From NCBI GenBank assembly GCA_037139575.1, contig JBAXGD010000002.1:66-64065 (forward strand): a stretch of 64,000 bases of DNA. The letters run 5' to 3'. Made by a program: the position numbers and the translations under genes. Shown here piece by piece: positions 53,840-63,497 of this stretch; the first letter of the stretch is position 1; each line of letters starts with the position of its first letter. The notes beneath the pieces were generated by a model, which saw only the letters and a program-made list of their open reading frames with translations, was not told the origin of the DNA and did no database searches. The DNA is from a bacterium. GTDB lineage: Bacteria > Patescibacteriota > Saccharimonadia > Saccharimonadales > UBA4665.

Positions 53840-55810
53840 ATGACAAACGATAAAAAAAATAATAGAGGATCATCCCGAGGAGCTGCAATAAGAGCTCAAC
53901 GAAGAAACCAGGATGATGCCCAAAGAATAATAAACCAGTACGCATCCTCAAATGCGGCTGATGTAAAAAAACGAGCCAATTTCATTGATGATACTCCAGC
54001 TTTAAAAATTACCGCTTTAGGTGGAATGGATGCTGGTGGATCGAAGAACATGATAGTCCTTGAGTATCTTAACGACGCTCTTGTGATTGACTGTGGAAAC
54101 GAACTCGGAATTGATTTACCGGGTATTAATTACGCAATATGTGACATTACATACCTCGAATCAATTAAGAATAAGGTTAGGGGCTACGTAATAACCCATG
54201 GACACCTTGACCATATTGGGGGATTACCTCACATTGTGCCAAGAGTCCCAGCACCAATTTATGGATCTAAATTTACCATAGGTATGATTGCCAAGCATTT
54301 CGAAAACTTCGGCCAGCCAATGCCTGATGGTTTTGAGCTAAGAACCGTAGTACTAAATGAAGTTACTCACGAAAAACTAAAAGTAGGTCCATTCTTTTTG
54401 GAGCTAGTAAGAATAACTCACTCAATCCCAGGTAGTACCTGTGTGGTTGTGGATACTCCTGTTGGAAAAATAATCTGTACAGGTGACTATAGGCTAGATC
54501 CAAATCCACTTGATCACGAAAAATCTGATACCGACAGGTTAAAACAACTTGGAGATGAAGGCGTATTAGCACTTCTAAATGAATGTTTATGTGCATCTAG
54601 ACCCGGACGTACGCCAAGTGAAAGCACAATTGAACCAACTTATAATGAACTATTTCAAAATGCTCCTGGAAGAGTCTTTGTGGCTGTTTTCTCAAGTAAC
54701 ATCAATAGAATTCAAATGCTTGTTAATGCTGCTGTAGCTCATGGACGAAAAATTGCTATGGACGGAAGAAGCATGATGGGTACCCTAGAAGTGGCCGTTA
54801 AACTTGGCATGATTAAGATTCCAAAAGGTACTTTTGTGCCAATTGCTAATGTTAATAGTATGAAAGATGACGAAGTGGTAGTTGTATGTACGGGAAGTCA
54901 GGGAGAGCCTAACTCAGCACTACAAAGGATGAGTATCGGCGATCATAAATATGTGAAATTAAAAGCCAACGATACAGTTGTACTAAGCTCTACTCCAATC
55001 CCTGAAAGTGGAAACGACAAGCTTATCTCAAGAATGGTTGATGAACTCAACATTAAGGGTGTATTTGTAAAAAGGCACGAAACTCATGAAGTCGATGGCT
55101 GTGGTCCTTTGCACGTTAGTGGACACTGTTCAATTGACGAATATATGGACATGATTGAAATGACAAGACCTAAATACCTAATTCCTATATATGGAACTTA
55201 TACAGCTCAAAAATACCATAACGAAGCTGCAATTGAGAGGGGATTCCCAAGAGTTAATACTACTCATATCTTTAATGGAAAAACTATTAATCTAACTCAG
55301 GATAAAATGGTTACAGCCGGAGAAGTTCCTCATGGAACCATGCTAGTAGATCAGACTGGATCATTGGTTTCTAGTATCGTAATCAAAGACAGATTAATGC
55401 TAGCAGAAGAAGGATTGGTTGCCGTCGTACTTACTGTAGATAAAAAGAATGGTAACCTACTGACTAGTCCAGACATAATTTCTCGTGGCTTTATATATAT
55501 GAGAGACAATGAAGATCTTATGAATAATCTAAGACAAGAACTAAGAAGAGCAGCACAACAAAGATTTAAACGAGTTGAGCTCGACAGGTTCAAGGTAGAA
55601 CTTAAAGATTTCATTACTCACTTCTTGTTTGAAAATACTGGCAAGAGTCCAATCGTAATTCCAGTGGTTAATGTTATTGGAGGCAAGGGCGACATACAAA
55701 AGAATCACTCTAATGGTAATCCAAAAACCGCAGAGGAAATTGCAGACGAACAGCAAAAAAGATTCGCAATGATGCGCGAAAGATTACTAAATCAGGACGC
55801 TAGAGGCTAA
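53840..55810 (+). CDS. rnj: Ribonuclease J
   Basis: Beta-lactamase/beta-CASP fold. ITHGHLDHIGG motif and a C-terminal domain. 656 aa with a basic N-terminal extension. Confidence 0.9.
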   Translation: MTNDKKNNRGSSRGAAIRAQRRNQDDAQRIINQYASSNAADVKKRANFIDDTPALKITALGGMDAGGSKNMIVLEYLNDALVIDCGNELGIDLPGINYAICDITYLESIKNKVRGYVITHGHLDHIGGLPHIVPRVPAPIYGSKFTIGMIAKHFENFGQPMPDGFELRTVVLNEVTHEKLKVGPFFLELVRITHSIPGSTCVVVDTPVGKIICTGDYRLDPNPLDHEKSDTDRLKQLGDEGVLALLNECLCASRPGRTPSESTIEPTYNELFQNAPGRVFVAVFSSNINRIQMLVNAAVAHGRKIAMDGRSMMGTLEVAVKLGMIKIPKGTFVPIANVNSMKDDEVVVVCTGSQGEPNSALQRMSIGDHKYVKLKANDTVVLSSTPIPESGNDKLISRMVDELNIKGVFVKRHETHEVDGCGPLHVSGHCSIDEYMDMIEMTRPKYLIPIYGTYTAQKYHNEAAIERGFPRVNTTHIFNGKTINLTQDKMVTAGEVPHGTMLVDQTGSLVSSIVIKDRLMLAEEGLVAVVLTVDKKNGNLLTSPDIISRGFIYMRDNEDLMNNLRQELRRAAQQRFKRVELDRFKVELKDFITHFLFENTGKSPIVIPVVNVIGGKGDIQKNHSNGNPKTAEEIADEQQKRFAMMRERLLNQDARG

Positions 55811-55837
55811 TTGGTTTTTAATCAATAAATAATTACC

Positions 55838-56134
55838 ATGGAAAATTTTGAGAATCTAAACACTACAGGACTTACGAATGATTTAGCTAGTACGATTATT
55901 CGTATTTCGTTTGAATCAGATTATCCGAATGATGATCAGCAGATTGCTCAAGCTGAAGCCGCCGAAAAGCAAAATCTAATTGCTGCTATTTCTAGTCGCA
56001 ATCTTGCTGATCCTGAAAAAGAATTAATCCAGGAGTTCAACCTAGAAGTTGGCAGAGAAGTGATTAAGCAGAGATCATCCAGACGAGGTAGAAAACAGGC
56101 GTATATAGTTAGGCGACAGAGCCGTCACTTTTGA
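55838..56134 (+). CDS. Hypothetical protein
   Basis: 98-aa ORF with an acidic N-half and a basic C-terminus. No motif recognised. Confidence 0.45.
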   Translation: MENFENLNTTGLTNDLASTIIRISFESDYPNDDQQIAQAEAAEKQNLIAAISSRNLADPEKELIQEFNLEVGREVIKQRSSRRGRKQAYIVRRQSRHF

Positions 56135-56181
56135 AGAGGTGGCAGTTACTAAGGTCTAACACCACTAAAGTACTTATGCTA

Positions 56182-56210
56182 TTGACAAGTTCGTATTTTG
56201 TTTATATAAT
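56182..56210 (+). promoter_or_regulatory. Consensus sigma70-type promoter upstream of ftsK
   Basis: TTGACA (56182-56187), 17 nt, TATAAT (56205-56210). Confidence 0.5.
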
Positions 56211-56287
56211 AAGAGATAATTAATTTCCAAAATAAAATAACTATTTTTCGATTTTAACAGATAAATAAAATGTTATAATAATTGCAA

Positions 56288-58462
56288 ATGGCTAAAAAGA
56301 AAAAACAAACAAGATCAAAAAAGAACCAACCCGCTGAAGGGGCAAATTTTTGGCCTCTAGCTGGCGGCATAATATTAATATTACTAGCTCTATTTGTTCT
56401 GCTTGGTGGCTTCGGCGGCGGCGGGCCATTGCCTAACGGGCTTTTCCATGGAGCTTACTGGGCATTTGGCTGGGCAGCTTATTACCTACCAGCAGTACTT
56501 GTTTACTGTGGTGTTATGAAATTTATAACAGAGGACAATAAAATTCCTCTCTCAAAACTAATGAGCATTCTTATATCGCTGATATCATTAACCACGTGGT
56601 TTTTCATTATAGGAGCTGTAAAAACTGATGGCGGTTGGATTTTGGGACACGGCGGAACTTTAGGTAAGTTAATCGGAAATGTTAGCTTAGTTGCGCTGAC
56701 AAAAACACCAGCATCATTAGTATTCCTTTTACTAGCTATTTTATCCATGTTCTATGCTTTCGGCGTTTCACCAAAAGTTATTACTAAAATTGGTGACCTA
56801 CTTAAGACCAAAGAAAAAGAACCCGATGCAGACTTATCTACACTTAAAACAAGCTCAACATTTAAGCTTAATGAAGGTGTGCCGGTAGAGCATAGCGCTC
56901 CAAAGCCAAGACTTTCAAGCTTTAAAAATGCTGCTCAAAAAGTGAACCCAGATGACAAACAGCAAGCTCTTACAATTGCGAGAGATCCAGAATGGAAATT
57001 TCCTTCAATTAGCTTGCTTGATCAAAATCAGGACAAGGCTGATGCTGGAGACGTAGCAGGTAATGCTCAGACAATTCAGGACACTCTAGCCAATTTCAAT
57101 ATTGAAGTTGAGATGGAAGGGGCTAATGTTGGTCCAAGAGTTACTCAGTTTACCCTTAAGCCATCAACTGGAGTTAAGCTGACCAAGATAGTCAATCTTG
57201 AAACAAACTTAGCTTTAGATCTAGCAGCACACTCAATAAGAATTGAAGCCCCAATCCCCGGCAAAAAAGCGGTTGGCGTTGAAGTGCCAAATATCAAACC
57301 GGCCATAGTAAGAGTTAGCTCATTACTAAAGTCACGTGAATGGACAGACATATCTAGCCCACTTGGCATGATTATTGGTCGAGACATTACTGGAGCGCCA
57401 ATTGTCTATGATTTAGCTAAAATGCCTCACTTATTAGTTGCTGGTCAAACCGGTTCAGGTAAGTCGGTTATGATTAATGACATCCTAACAAGTCTCCTCT
57501 ACCACAATAGCCCAAGTGATTTGAAGCTAATCCTAGTTGACCCTAAGCAAGTAGAATTAGCTCCATATAATGACATTCCACATCTTCTAACACCTGTTAT
57601 TAATGATCCAGAAAAATGTATTAGTGCACTTAAGTGGGCGGTAGCAGAGATGGAAAGAAGACTGAAGGCGCTTGCTGAAGTTGGTCGACGAAATATTGGT
57701 GAATATAACGATCTCAAAAAAGAAGAAGGAATGCCTTATATCGTTATTGTCATTGATGAGCTTGCAGATCTTATGATGATGGCTGCTAGAGACGTAGAAG
57801 CCCTAATTGTCAGACTTGCGCAGAAAGCCAGAGCCGTCGGTATTCATTTAGTCTTAGCTACCCAAAGACCTTCAGTAGACGTTATAACTGGACTAATTAA
57901 AGCCAACGTTCCAGCTAGAATTGCATTTACTGTGGCATCTCAAATAGATAGTCGAACAATTATTGATCAAATGGGTGCCGAGAAACTACTTGGTCAGGGA
58001 GATATGTTATTCCTAACTTCAGATATGCCTAAGCCAAAGCGTGTTCAGGCAGCATTTATCTCGGGCGATGAGACGGCTAAAGTTACAGATTTCATAAGAT
58101 CTCAAAGACCTCCTCAATACGACGACGAAATTATTAGCCAACCAGTTCAGCTTAATGGTAAGGGTGGCATAGTTGCAGACTATGGCGCCAATGATGCTGA
58201 TGATGAAATGTGGAAGGATGCATTGAGGGTTGTTATAGAAGGCAAAAAAGCCAGCACGAGTTTACTCCAAAGAAGATTAAGGATTGGTTACGGTAGAGCT
58301 GCTAGGCTCATAGAAACCATGGAGGAGCAGGGAATAATTGGTCCTGCAGATGGCCAGAGACCTCGTGAGGTACTCATAAGTAGCCTTGATGAAGTATTCG
58401 GTGGCGATAATGGATCCGGTGGAGCCGTAGAGCCTGCTGAGGCTGAAATAGACGAATCTTGA
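56288..58462 (+). CDS. ftsK: DNA translocase FtsK
   Basis: N-terminal TM helices, motor domain (LLVAGQTGSGKSV Walker A, IVIVIDELADLMM Walker B) and a C-terminal gamma domain (ASTSLLQRRLRIGYGRAARLIETMEEQGII). I prefer the ATG at 56288 to the track's TTG at 56282. Confidence 0.93.
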   Translation: MAKKKKQTRSKKNQPAEGANFWPLAGGIILILLALFVLLGGFGGGGPLPNGLFHGAYWAFGWAAYYLPAVLVYCGVMKFITEDNKIPLSKLMSILISLISLTTWFFIIGAVKTDGGWILGHGGTLGKLIGNVSLVALTKTPASLVFLLLAILSMFYAFGVSPKVITKIGDLLKTKEKEPDADLSTLKTSSTFKLNEGVPVEHSAPKPRLSSFKNAAQKVNPDDKQQALTIARDPEWKFPSISLLDQNQDKADAGDVAGNAQTIQDTLANFNIEVEMEGANVGPRVTQFTLKPSTGVKLTKIVNLETNLALDLAAHSIRIEAPIPGKKAVGVEVPNIKPAIVRVSSLLKSREWTDISSPLGMIIGRDITGAPIVYDLAKMPHLLVAGQTGSGKSVMINDILTSLLYHNSPSDLKLILVDPKQVELAPYNDIPHLLTPVINDPEKCISALKWAVAEMERRLKALAEVGRRNIGEYNDLKKEEGMPYIVIVIDELADLMMMAARDVEALIVRLAQKARAVGIHLVLATQRPSVDVITGLIKANVPARIAFTVASQIDSRTIIDQMGAEKLLGQGDMLFLTSDMPKPKRVQAAFISGDETAKVTDFIRSQRPPQYDDEIISQPVQLNGKGGIVADYGANDADDEMWKDALRVVIEGKKASTSLLQRRLRIGYGRAARLIETMEEQGIIGPADGQRPREVLISSLDEVFGGDNGSGGAVEPAEAEIDES

Positions 58463-58555
58463 CCAACAGGGGTGAGTACGCTATAATATGGATATTATTA
58501 ACTCAGGCTTATAACTTAAGGTATATAGGCTTATTAACCAGAAGGAGAAAGACTC

Positions 58556-58969
58556 ATGAATCAATACGAAATTGGATTACTTTTTGATCCGGGATTAGAA
58601 GTAGATATTGAAAAAGCTACCGGTATTGTAGAAAAGATTTTCAAAGACAATGGTGCCAAAATTTCCAAAGTGGATAATTGGGGCAAGAAAAAATTGGCTT
58701 ACACAATCAAGAAGCAAGACCACGCTATTTACGTATTCTATACTCTAGAGATTCCAGCATTGTCAGTCATTAAGATTGAAAAAGTGCTAAACATCACCGA
58801 AGAAGTATTGCGTTTCATCATAGTTCGTCCAGATCTTAAGAAGATGGCTAGAGCTGAAGCTGCTCAGGCTGAACGAAAGAAGAAGCAAGCTGAACGTAGT
58901 GGAAGTGATTCTTCAAAAGAAGAAAAAACCACTGCAAAAAAGACCGACGATTCTAAATCAGATGTATAA
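58556..58969 (+). CDS. rpsF: 30S ribosomal protein S6 (with charged C-terminal extension)
   Basis: MNQYEIGLLFDP...VDNWGKKKLAYTIKKQDHAIYVF. GGAG RBS. Part of the rpsF-ssb-rpsR operon. Confidence 0.93.
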   Translation: MNQYEIGLLFDPGLEVDIEKATGIVEKIFKDNGAKISKVDNWGKKKLAYTIKKQDHAIYVFYTLEIPALSVIKIEKVLNITEEVLRFIIVRPDLKKMARAEAAQAERKKKQAERSGSDSSKEEKTTAKKTDDSKSDV

Positions 58970-58994
58970 TAGGGCTTAAAGAGGAGAATTAATT

Positions 58995-59459
58995 ATGGCG
59001 AAAAGTATTAACCAAGTAATGTTAATGGGTAACTTAACAAGAGACCCTGAACTTAGACAGATCCCAAGCGGACAATCTGTATGTAGTTTCAGCCTTGCGC
59101 TTAATAGAAGCTATAAAGATGCTAGTGGTGAGTGGAAAGAAGCAACTGACTATATAGATGTTGTAGCTTGGGCAAATCTCGGCGAAAGAGTTGCACAATA
59201 TGTAACAAAAGGCCGTAGAGTATTGGTCCAAGGAAAACTTCAGAGTCGCAGCTGGGAACAGGATGGAGCTAAGCGAAGCAAAGTAGAAGTACTGGCGAGC
59301 GATGTAACATTTCTAGACTCTAGAGGTGGTCCAGAAGCAGAACCAAGAGATAATGATTCTCAAGGCGCTCCAGCAAGCAAGAAGCCTGCTAAGGAAGAAA
59401 GCGTAGTCATCGATGATATAGGTGACGAACCAATTAATTTAGACGATATACCATTTTAA
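58995..59459 (+). CDS. ssb: Single-stranded DNA-binding protein
   Basis: INQVMLMGNLTRDPELRQIPSGQSVCSFSLALNR OB fold, and a C-terminal acidic tip (LDDIPF). Confidence 0.95.
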   Translation: MAKSINQVMLMGNLTRDPELRQIPSGQSVCSFSLALNRSYKDASGEWKEATDYIDVVAWANLGERVAQYVTKGRRVLVQGKLQSRSWEQDGAKRSKVEVLASDVTFLDSRGGPEAEPRDNDSQGAPASKKPAKEESVVIDDIGDEPINLDDIPF

Positions 59460-59470
59460 GGAGATAGATA

Positions 59471-59674
59471 ATGGCAAAGATTTTTAAACAGCAATCAGAC
59501 TCAACATATTTTGAGTACAAAGATTACAAGAACCTACAGAGATTTGTTGACATCTATGGGCAGATTGAATCTCGAAAAAAGACTGGCTTAACTGAAAGTC
59601 AGCAAAGGCAACTTGCTAAGGCTATAAAGCGAGCAAGACACTTAGCACTATTACCATTTGTTGCTAATAACTAA
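59471..59674 (+). CDS. rpsR: 30S ribosomal protein S18
   Basis: YKDYKNLQRFV...GLTESQQRQLAKAIKRARHLALLPF. Confidence 0.93.
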   Translation: MAKIFKQQSDSTYFEYKDYKNLQRFVDIYGQIESRKKTGLTESQQRQLAKAIKRARHLALLPFVANN

Positions 59675-59695
59675 ATAGTTCAATAGGCAATCACA

Positions 59696-60259
59696 ATGGC
59701 TTTAAGTAACACTGAATTGAAAAAAGGTACAGTCTTCCAGATGGATGGCGTGCCGTATAAAGTCATAGACTACTCTCAAAAAGTAGTTGGACGTGGCGGT
59801 TCTATTGTTAATGTTAAAATTAAAAGCTTAATTGATGGCAAGGTAATGGAAAAAACTGTTAAAGGCAGTGAATCTATCGAGAGAGCTGAAGTTAATAGCT
59901 TAAATGTTCAGTATTTATATAATGACGGAACAAAATTCTATTTCATGAATCTAGATAATTACGATCAATTCGAAGTACTAGCAGAAGACATAGAAGAGCA
60001 AGTTGACTATCTAAAAGAGGGCGATAAAGTTACCGCTCAATTCTTTAATGATCAGCTTATCGGTATTGAGCTACCAAAAACTATAGCTCTTGAAGTTACC
60101 TATGCTGAAAATGTAGTTAAGGGTGATACAACATCGAATGTGCTCAAAGATGCTACCGTAGAGACAGGAAAGATTATTAAAGTTCCAGCTTTCGTTAAAA
60201 CTGGCGATGTAATAAAAATAAATACCGAAACTGGATCTTACTTAGAAAGAGTTAAGTAG
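59696..60259 (+). CDS. efp: Elongation factor P
   Basis: Full-length alignment by eye to E. coli EF-P (LKKGTVFQMDGVPYKVIDYSQ...VKVPAFVKTGDVIKINTETGSYLERVK). The tip of the loop carries Arg (VVGRGGS). Confidence 0.93.
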   Translation: MALSNTELKKGTVFQMDGVPYKVIDYSQKVVGRGGSIVNVKIKSLIDGKVMEKTVKGSESIERAEVNSLNVQYLYNDGTKFYFMNLDNYDQFEVLAEDIEEQVDYLKEGDKVTAQFFNDQLIGIELPKTIALEVTYAENVVKGDTTSNVLKDATVETGKIIKVPAFVKTGDVIKINTETGSYLERVK

Positions 60260-60274
60260 GGAACTGCTGCTTTT

Positions 60275-60838
60275 ATGGCTGATCTAGAATATGTTGGTCG
60301 TGGCGGTCTTAAAATACAGAGCGTAGCTAACAAGCTAGGCCTTAATTTTAGAGATAAAATCGTTCTGGATGTGGGTAGTTCAACAGGCGGATTTACAGAC
60401 TTTGCTTTGCAACATGGAGCTTTGAAGGTAATTGCTGTCGATCTTGGAGTGATGCAACTACATAAGTCACTAAGGATTAACCCTAAGGTTGAGATTCACG
60501 AAAAAACAGATATTTTATCCGTAAAAGAATTATCTGGTGAGCCAGACATTATACTAATGGACTTATCGTTCGTATCATTAAGAAACATACTCCCTGGAAT
60601 GCTAAATATAATACCGAAAAAAGCTGAAATGGCAGTGCTAGTAAAGCCTCAATTTGAAGCAAGTAGAGATGAAAAAATTAAAGGAATTATCAAGAATGAT
60701 AGAATTAGGCGCCAAATACTCAAAGATTTTGAGTCTTGGGCATCTAAATATTTCATTATTCTCGATAAGGCTGATTCTGAAATACACGGTTCGAAGGGTA
60801 ATAGTGAAAGATTTTATCTTTTAAAGAAAGTTTCTTAG
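60275..60838 (+). CDS. tlyA: TlyA-family rRNA 2'-O-methyltransferase, methyltransferase domain only
   Basis: YVGRGGLKIQ..., LDVGSSTGGFTDFALQHGA (SAM motif I), AVDLG, DLSFVSL. There is no N-terminal S4 domain, as the gene starts 15 nt after efp. Confidence 0.8.
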   Translation: MADLEYVGRGGLKIQSVANKLGLNFRDKIVLDVGSSTGGFTDFALQHGALKVIAVDLGVMQLHKSLRINPKVEIHEKTDILSVKELSGEPDIILMDLSFVSLRNILPGMLNIIPKKAEMAVLVKPQFEASRDEKIKGIIKNDRIRRQILKDFESWASKYFIILDKADSEIHGSKGNSERFYLLKKVS

Positions 60839-61474
60839 TTTTTCTGGATTAATTAGAAGAATATATGAATTATGCTTCGATATTAGTTTTTGTCTCTCTA
60901 GAATTGCCAGTTGTCTACCCGTAGTTTCTCTTGTGGCATTGATAGAACTTGCAATATCTTGTTGCCTTAAGGGCACACTTATTGAAATTGCTCCCGAGTC
61001 ATCTAATTTTTCACCGAATCTTTCAGCACAAGTCAGTAGGTAAGATATTAGTCTTTCTCTAACTGTTCTATATTCAAGATTTAAGATTCTCTCTGAATGA
61101 TTCTTATACATTTCAGTAACCATATCGACAATTGGTAGACTCAAGTTAGGGTCAGACTGTATGTCTTTGAGAAAGGTTTCTCTGTCAATACAGTAAACAG
61201 CAGTTGGCTCTAGAGCAGTATAGATAATTTTTCTATCTTCACCAGTTATGGCCCAGGTTATTCCCAAGAACTCTCCAGCCTTACGGATAACAAGCAAATT
61301 TTCTTCACCATATTTTGTTATGTCGTAGGCTTTAACTAAACCACTATCAATAAATAAAATTCCCGGCGGAGTTTCGCCGGGCCTGATGATAAATTCCCCC
61401 TTAGTGTAAGTCGTTTTCTTCGCCCGACGGAAAAGATCTATCAGGGAAGCTTTCTGTTTATCAGAGGCTAACAT
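60821..61474 (-). CDS. Crp/Fnr-family transcriptional regulator
   Basis: cNMP-binding-like beta-barrel (FIIRPGETPPGILFIDSGLVKAY) and a C-terminal HTH (QQDIASSINATRETTGRQLAILERQKLI). Confidence 0.85.
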   Translation of the reverse strand: MLASDKQKASLIDLFRRAKKTTYTKGEFIIRPGETPPGILFIDSGLVKAYDITKYGEENLLVIRKAGEFLGITWAITGEDRKIIYTALEPTAVYCIDRETFLKDIQSDPNLSLPIVDMVTEMYKNHSERILNLEYRTVRERLISYLLTCAERFGEKLDDSGAISISVPLRQQDIASSINATRETTGRQLAILERQKLISKHNSYILLINPEKLRNFL

Positions 61475-61604
61475 AAATTCATTATGACAGAACTAGGGTT
61501 ATAGGGCAAATATGTGACCAATATCTCTCAGTTTTGGTGAGCAATCTAACATACATGATTCACTAAGAAGACTAATATATAGATAGGAATAGGAGGGTAG
61601 CGAC

Positions 61605-62327
61605 ATGGTGAGCATGAGAACCGTAGAAGAACAGCTCAGACTTTCGGGTAGCCGAATAGGCCTTTGGGGGAGATCTGAAGTAAAAGAGCTCTGTAATGTT
61701 TTATTACCAGGGGAAGAGATCAGAGACTGTGTTAATGGCCACTATCTAAATGGTTTTGCTATGCTGTGTGCGACAAATCAAAGGATAATTTTGATTGATT
61801 CAAAACCTATGTTCTTAACGGTTGAAGATGTCAGGTATGACATGATAGCCGCGATAGATTATTCACACAGATTGCTTGATTCGACCATTAAAGTATTCAC
61901 TCCAACAAAGACCCTGAACTTCACGAGTTGGAATATCCAGCGCCTAAGAAGATTATCTATGAGTGCACAGCAACATGTGCTTGCAATTAGGCAGTTCCAG
62001 CAAGCCCACTCACAAGCTTTTTCTCAGACCTATCAGCAAAATCCTCAACCGAGACCGATTACCCCAACGCCTATATATGCGCCCGTAAATCAGCTGGCAA
62101 GTAAGCCAATGTCATATTTTGTAGAAAATAATGATGAAAAATATTCAATTGCAGCACTGGCTGTCAATCATGCGATGACTGATACTAGCAGTAATGAAAA
62201 TTTGAACCCAGTAGCAGAAACGGGAATTAATGGTTTGTCATCTTATCCAGTCAATCCATTCATTAAATCATCATTTAGTTCGAGGAATAGGCAATGGCCA
62301 AGACAAGGCCTAATAACTAGACGTTAA
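61605..62327 (+). CDS. Bacterial PH-domain (YokE-like) protein with Gln/Pro-rich C-terminal half
   Basis: LPGEEIRDCVNGHYLNGFAMLCATNQRIILIDSKPMFLTVEDVRYDMIAAIDYS... is the pattern of bPH/YokE-like domains. Confidence 0.6.
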   Translation: MVSMRTVEEQLRLSGSRIGLWGRSEVKELCNVLLPGEEIRDCVNGHYLNGFAMLCATNQRIILIDSKPMFLTVEDVRYDMIAAIDYSHRLLDSTIKVFTPTKTLNFTSWNIQRLRRLSMSAQQHVLAIRQFQQAHSQAFSQTYQQNPQPRPITPTPIYAPVNQLASKPMSYFVENNDEKYSIAALAVNHAMTDTSSNENLNPVAETGINGLSSYPVNPFIKSSFSSRNRQWPRQGLITRR

Positions 62328-63399
62328 ATCGAAATTCGACAACGTCATCGGGTTTCATGACATATGTCTTGCCTTCAGTTCTAACCTTGCCGCTAGCTTT
62401 AGCAGACTGCATTGAGCCAGTACTAATTAGATCATTGTAGTCGACTACTTCTGCAGCAATAAAACCCTTCTCGAAGTCACCGTGAATAACTCCAGCGGCC
62501 TGTGGAGCAGTATTGCCAGAGTTTATGGTCCAAGCTCTAACTTCTTTTTCACCAGCCGTTAAATAACTTTGAAGACCCAGTGTCGAATAGGCAATTTTAA
62601 TTAATATACTTAGGCCATTCTCTGTCTGACCATAGCTTTCCAGTAATTCTTGAGCATCTAATTTATCTAGCCCCCTGAGTTCATTTTCTAGTTTGGCTGA
62701 AATGAACACAGAAGGGTAGTTTGGTACTATATTTGAAAGTTCTTGTTTTTTGGAACCATCACTTAAGTCATTCTCGTCAATGTTGAATAAAAATATTTGC
62801 GGCTTCAAGGATAATAATTGTAGGTCTACAAGATCTGAGAAATCTTCATTGGGCAGGGAGTTTGGCATAATTCCTTGGTCTAAATATTCCCTCACTTTTT
62901 TAATTTGTTCAACAACTATGCGAACCTTTGGATCTGACCTAGCTTCTTTCTCTAATTTAGAAAGTCTTTTATCTATAGACTGTAAATCTGCAAGCATTAA
63001 TTCGGTATTAATAACTTCAATATCCTTTTCGGGATTATGGTCTTCATCTACGTGCTGTATATTTGAATCACTGAAAGCCCTTACGACGTGAACTATTAGT
63101 GCCGTAGCTCTAATATGACCCAGGAACTGATTACCTAAACCTTCACCTTTTGATGCTCCCGCAACAAGACCGGCAATATCTGTAAATGTAACAGTCGCAG
63201 GAATTATTTTATTTGTCTTGTATAGGTCAGCTAATACTTGGAGTCTGTCGTCAGGAACTGCCACTGTTCCGCTATTTGGTTCAATTGTTGCAAAAGGGTA
63301 GTTTGCGGCTAGGGCATTTCCGTCGGTGAGTATGTTGAAAAGAGTTGATTTTCCAACATTTGGAAGGCCGACTATTCCGATTTCGAGACTTTTAGACAT
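62317..63399 (-). CDS. ychF: Redox-regulated ATPase YchF
   Basis: IGIVGLPNVGKSTLFN (G1), DIAGLV (G3), NIDE, and a C-terminal TGS-like domain (RAWTINSGNTAPQAAGVIHGDFEKGFI). Confidence 0.95.
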   Translation of the reverse strand: MSKSLEIGIVGLPNVGKSTLFNILTDGNALAANYPFATIEPNSGTVAVPDDRLQVLADLYKTNKIIPATVTFTDIAGLVAGASKGEGLGNQFLGHIRATALIVHVVRAFSDSNIQHVDEDHNPEKDIEVINTELMLADLQSIDKRLSKLEKEARSDPKVRIVVEQIKKVREYLDQGIMPNSLPNEDFSDLVDLQLLSLKPQIFLFNIDENDLSDGSKKQELSNIVPNYPSVFISAKLENELRGLDKLDAQELLESYGQTENGLSILIKIAYSTLGLQSYLTAGEKEVRAWTINSGNTAPQAAGVIHGDFEKGFIAAEVVDYNDLISTGSMQSAKASGKVRTEGKTYVMKPDDVVEFRFNV

Positions 63400-63497
63400 A
63401 ATCTAAATTGTAACAGATACAGAGTTTGCAAGGAAATATATACTCGACAAAAAGACAAGAATATGCTAATGTATAAGAGTAAATTTAAAATAAAATT

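Noticed and set aside
61475-61604. Possible Crp/Fnr binding site (TGTGACCAATATCTCTCA, around 61513-61530) in the divergent region upstream of the crp-like gene.
   Set aside because: Only the left half-site matches TGTGA. The right half does not match TCACA at the 6-nt spacing, so this is not distinguishable from chance.
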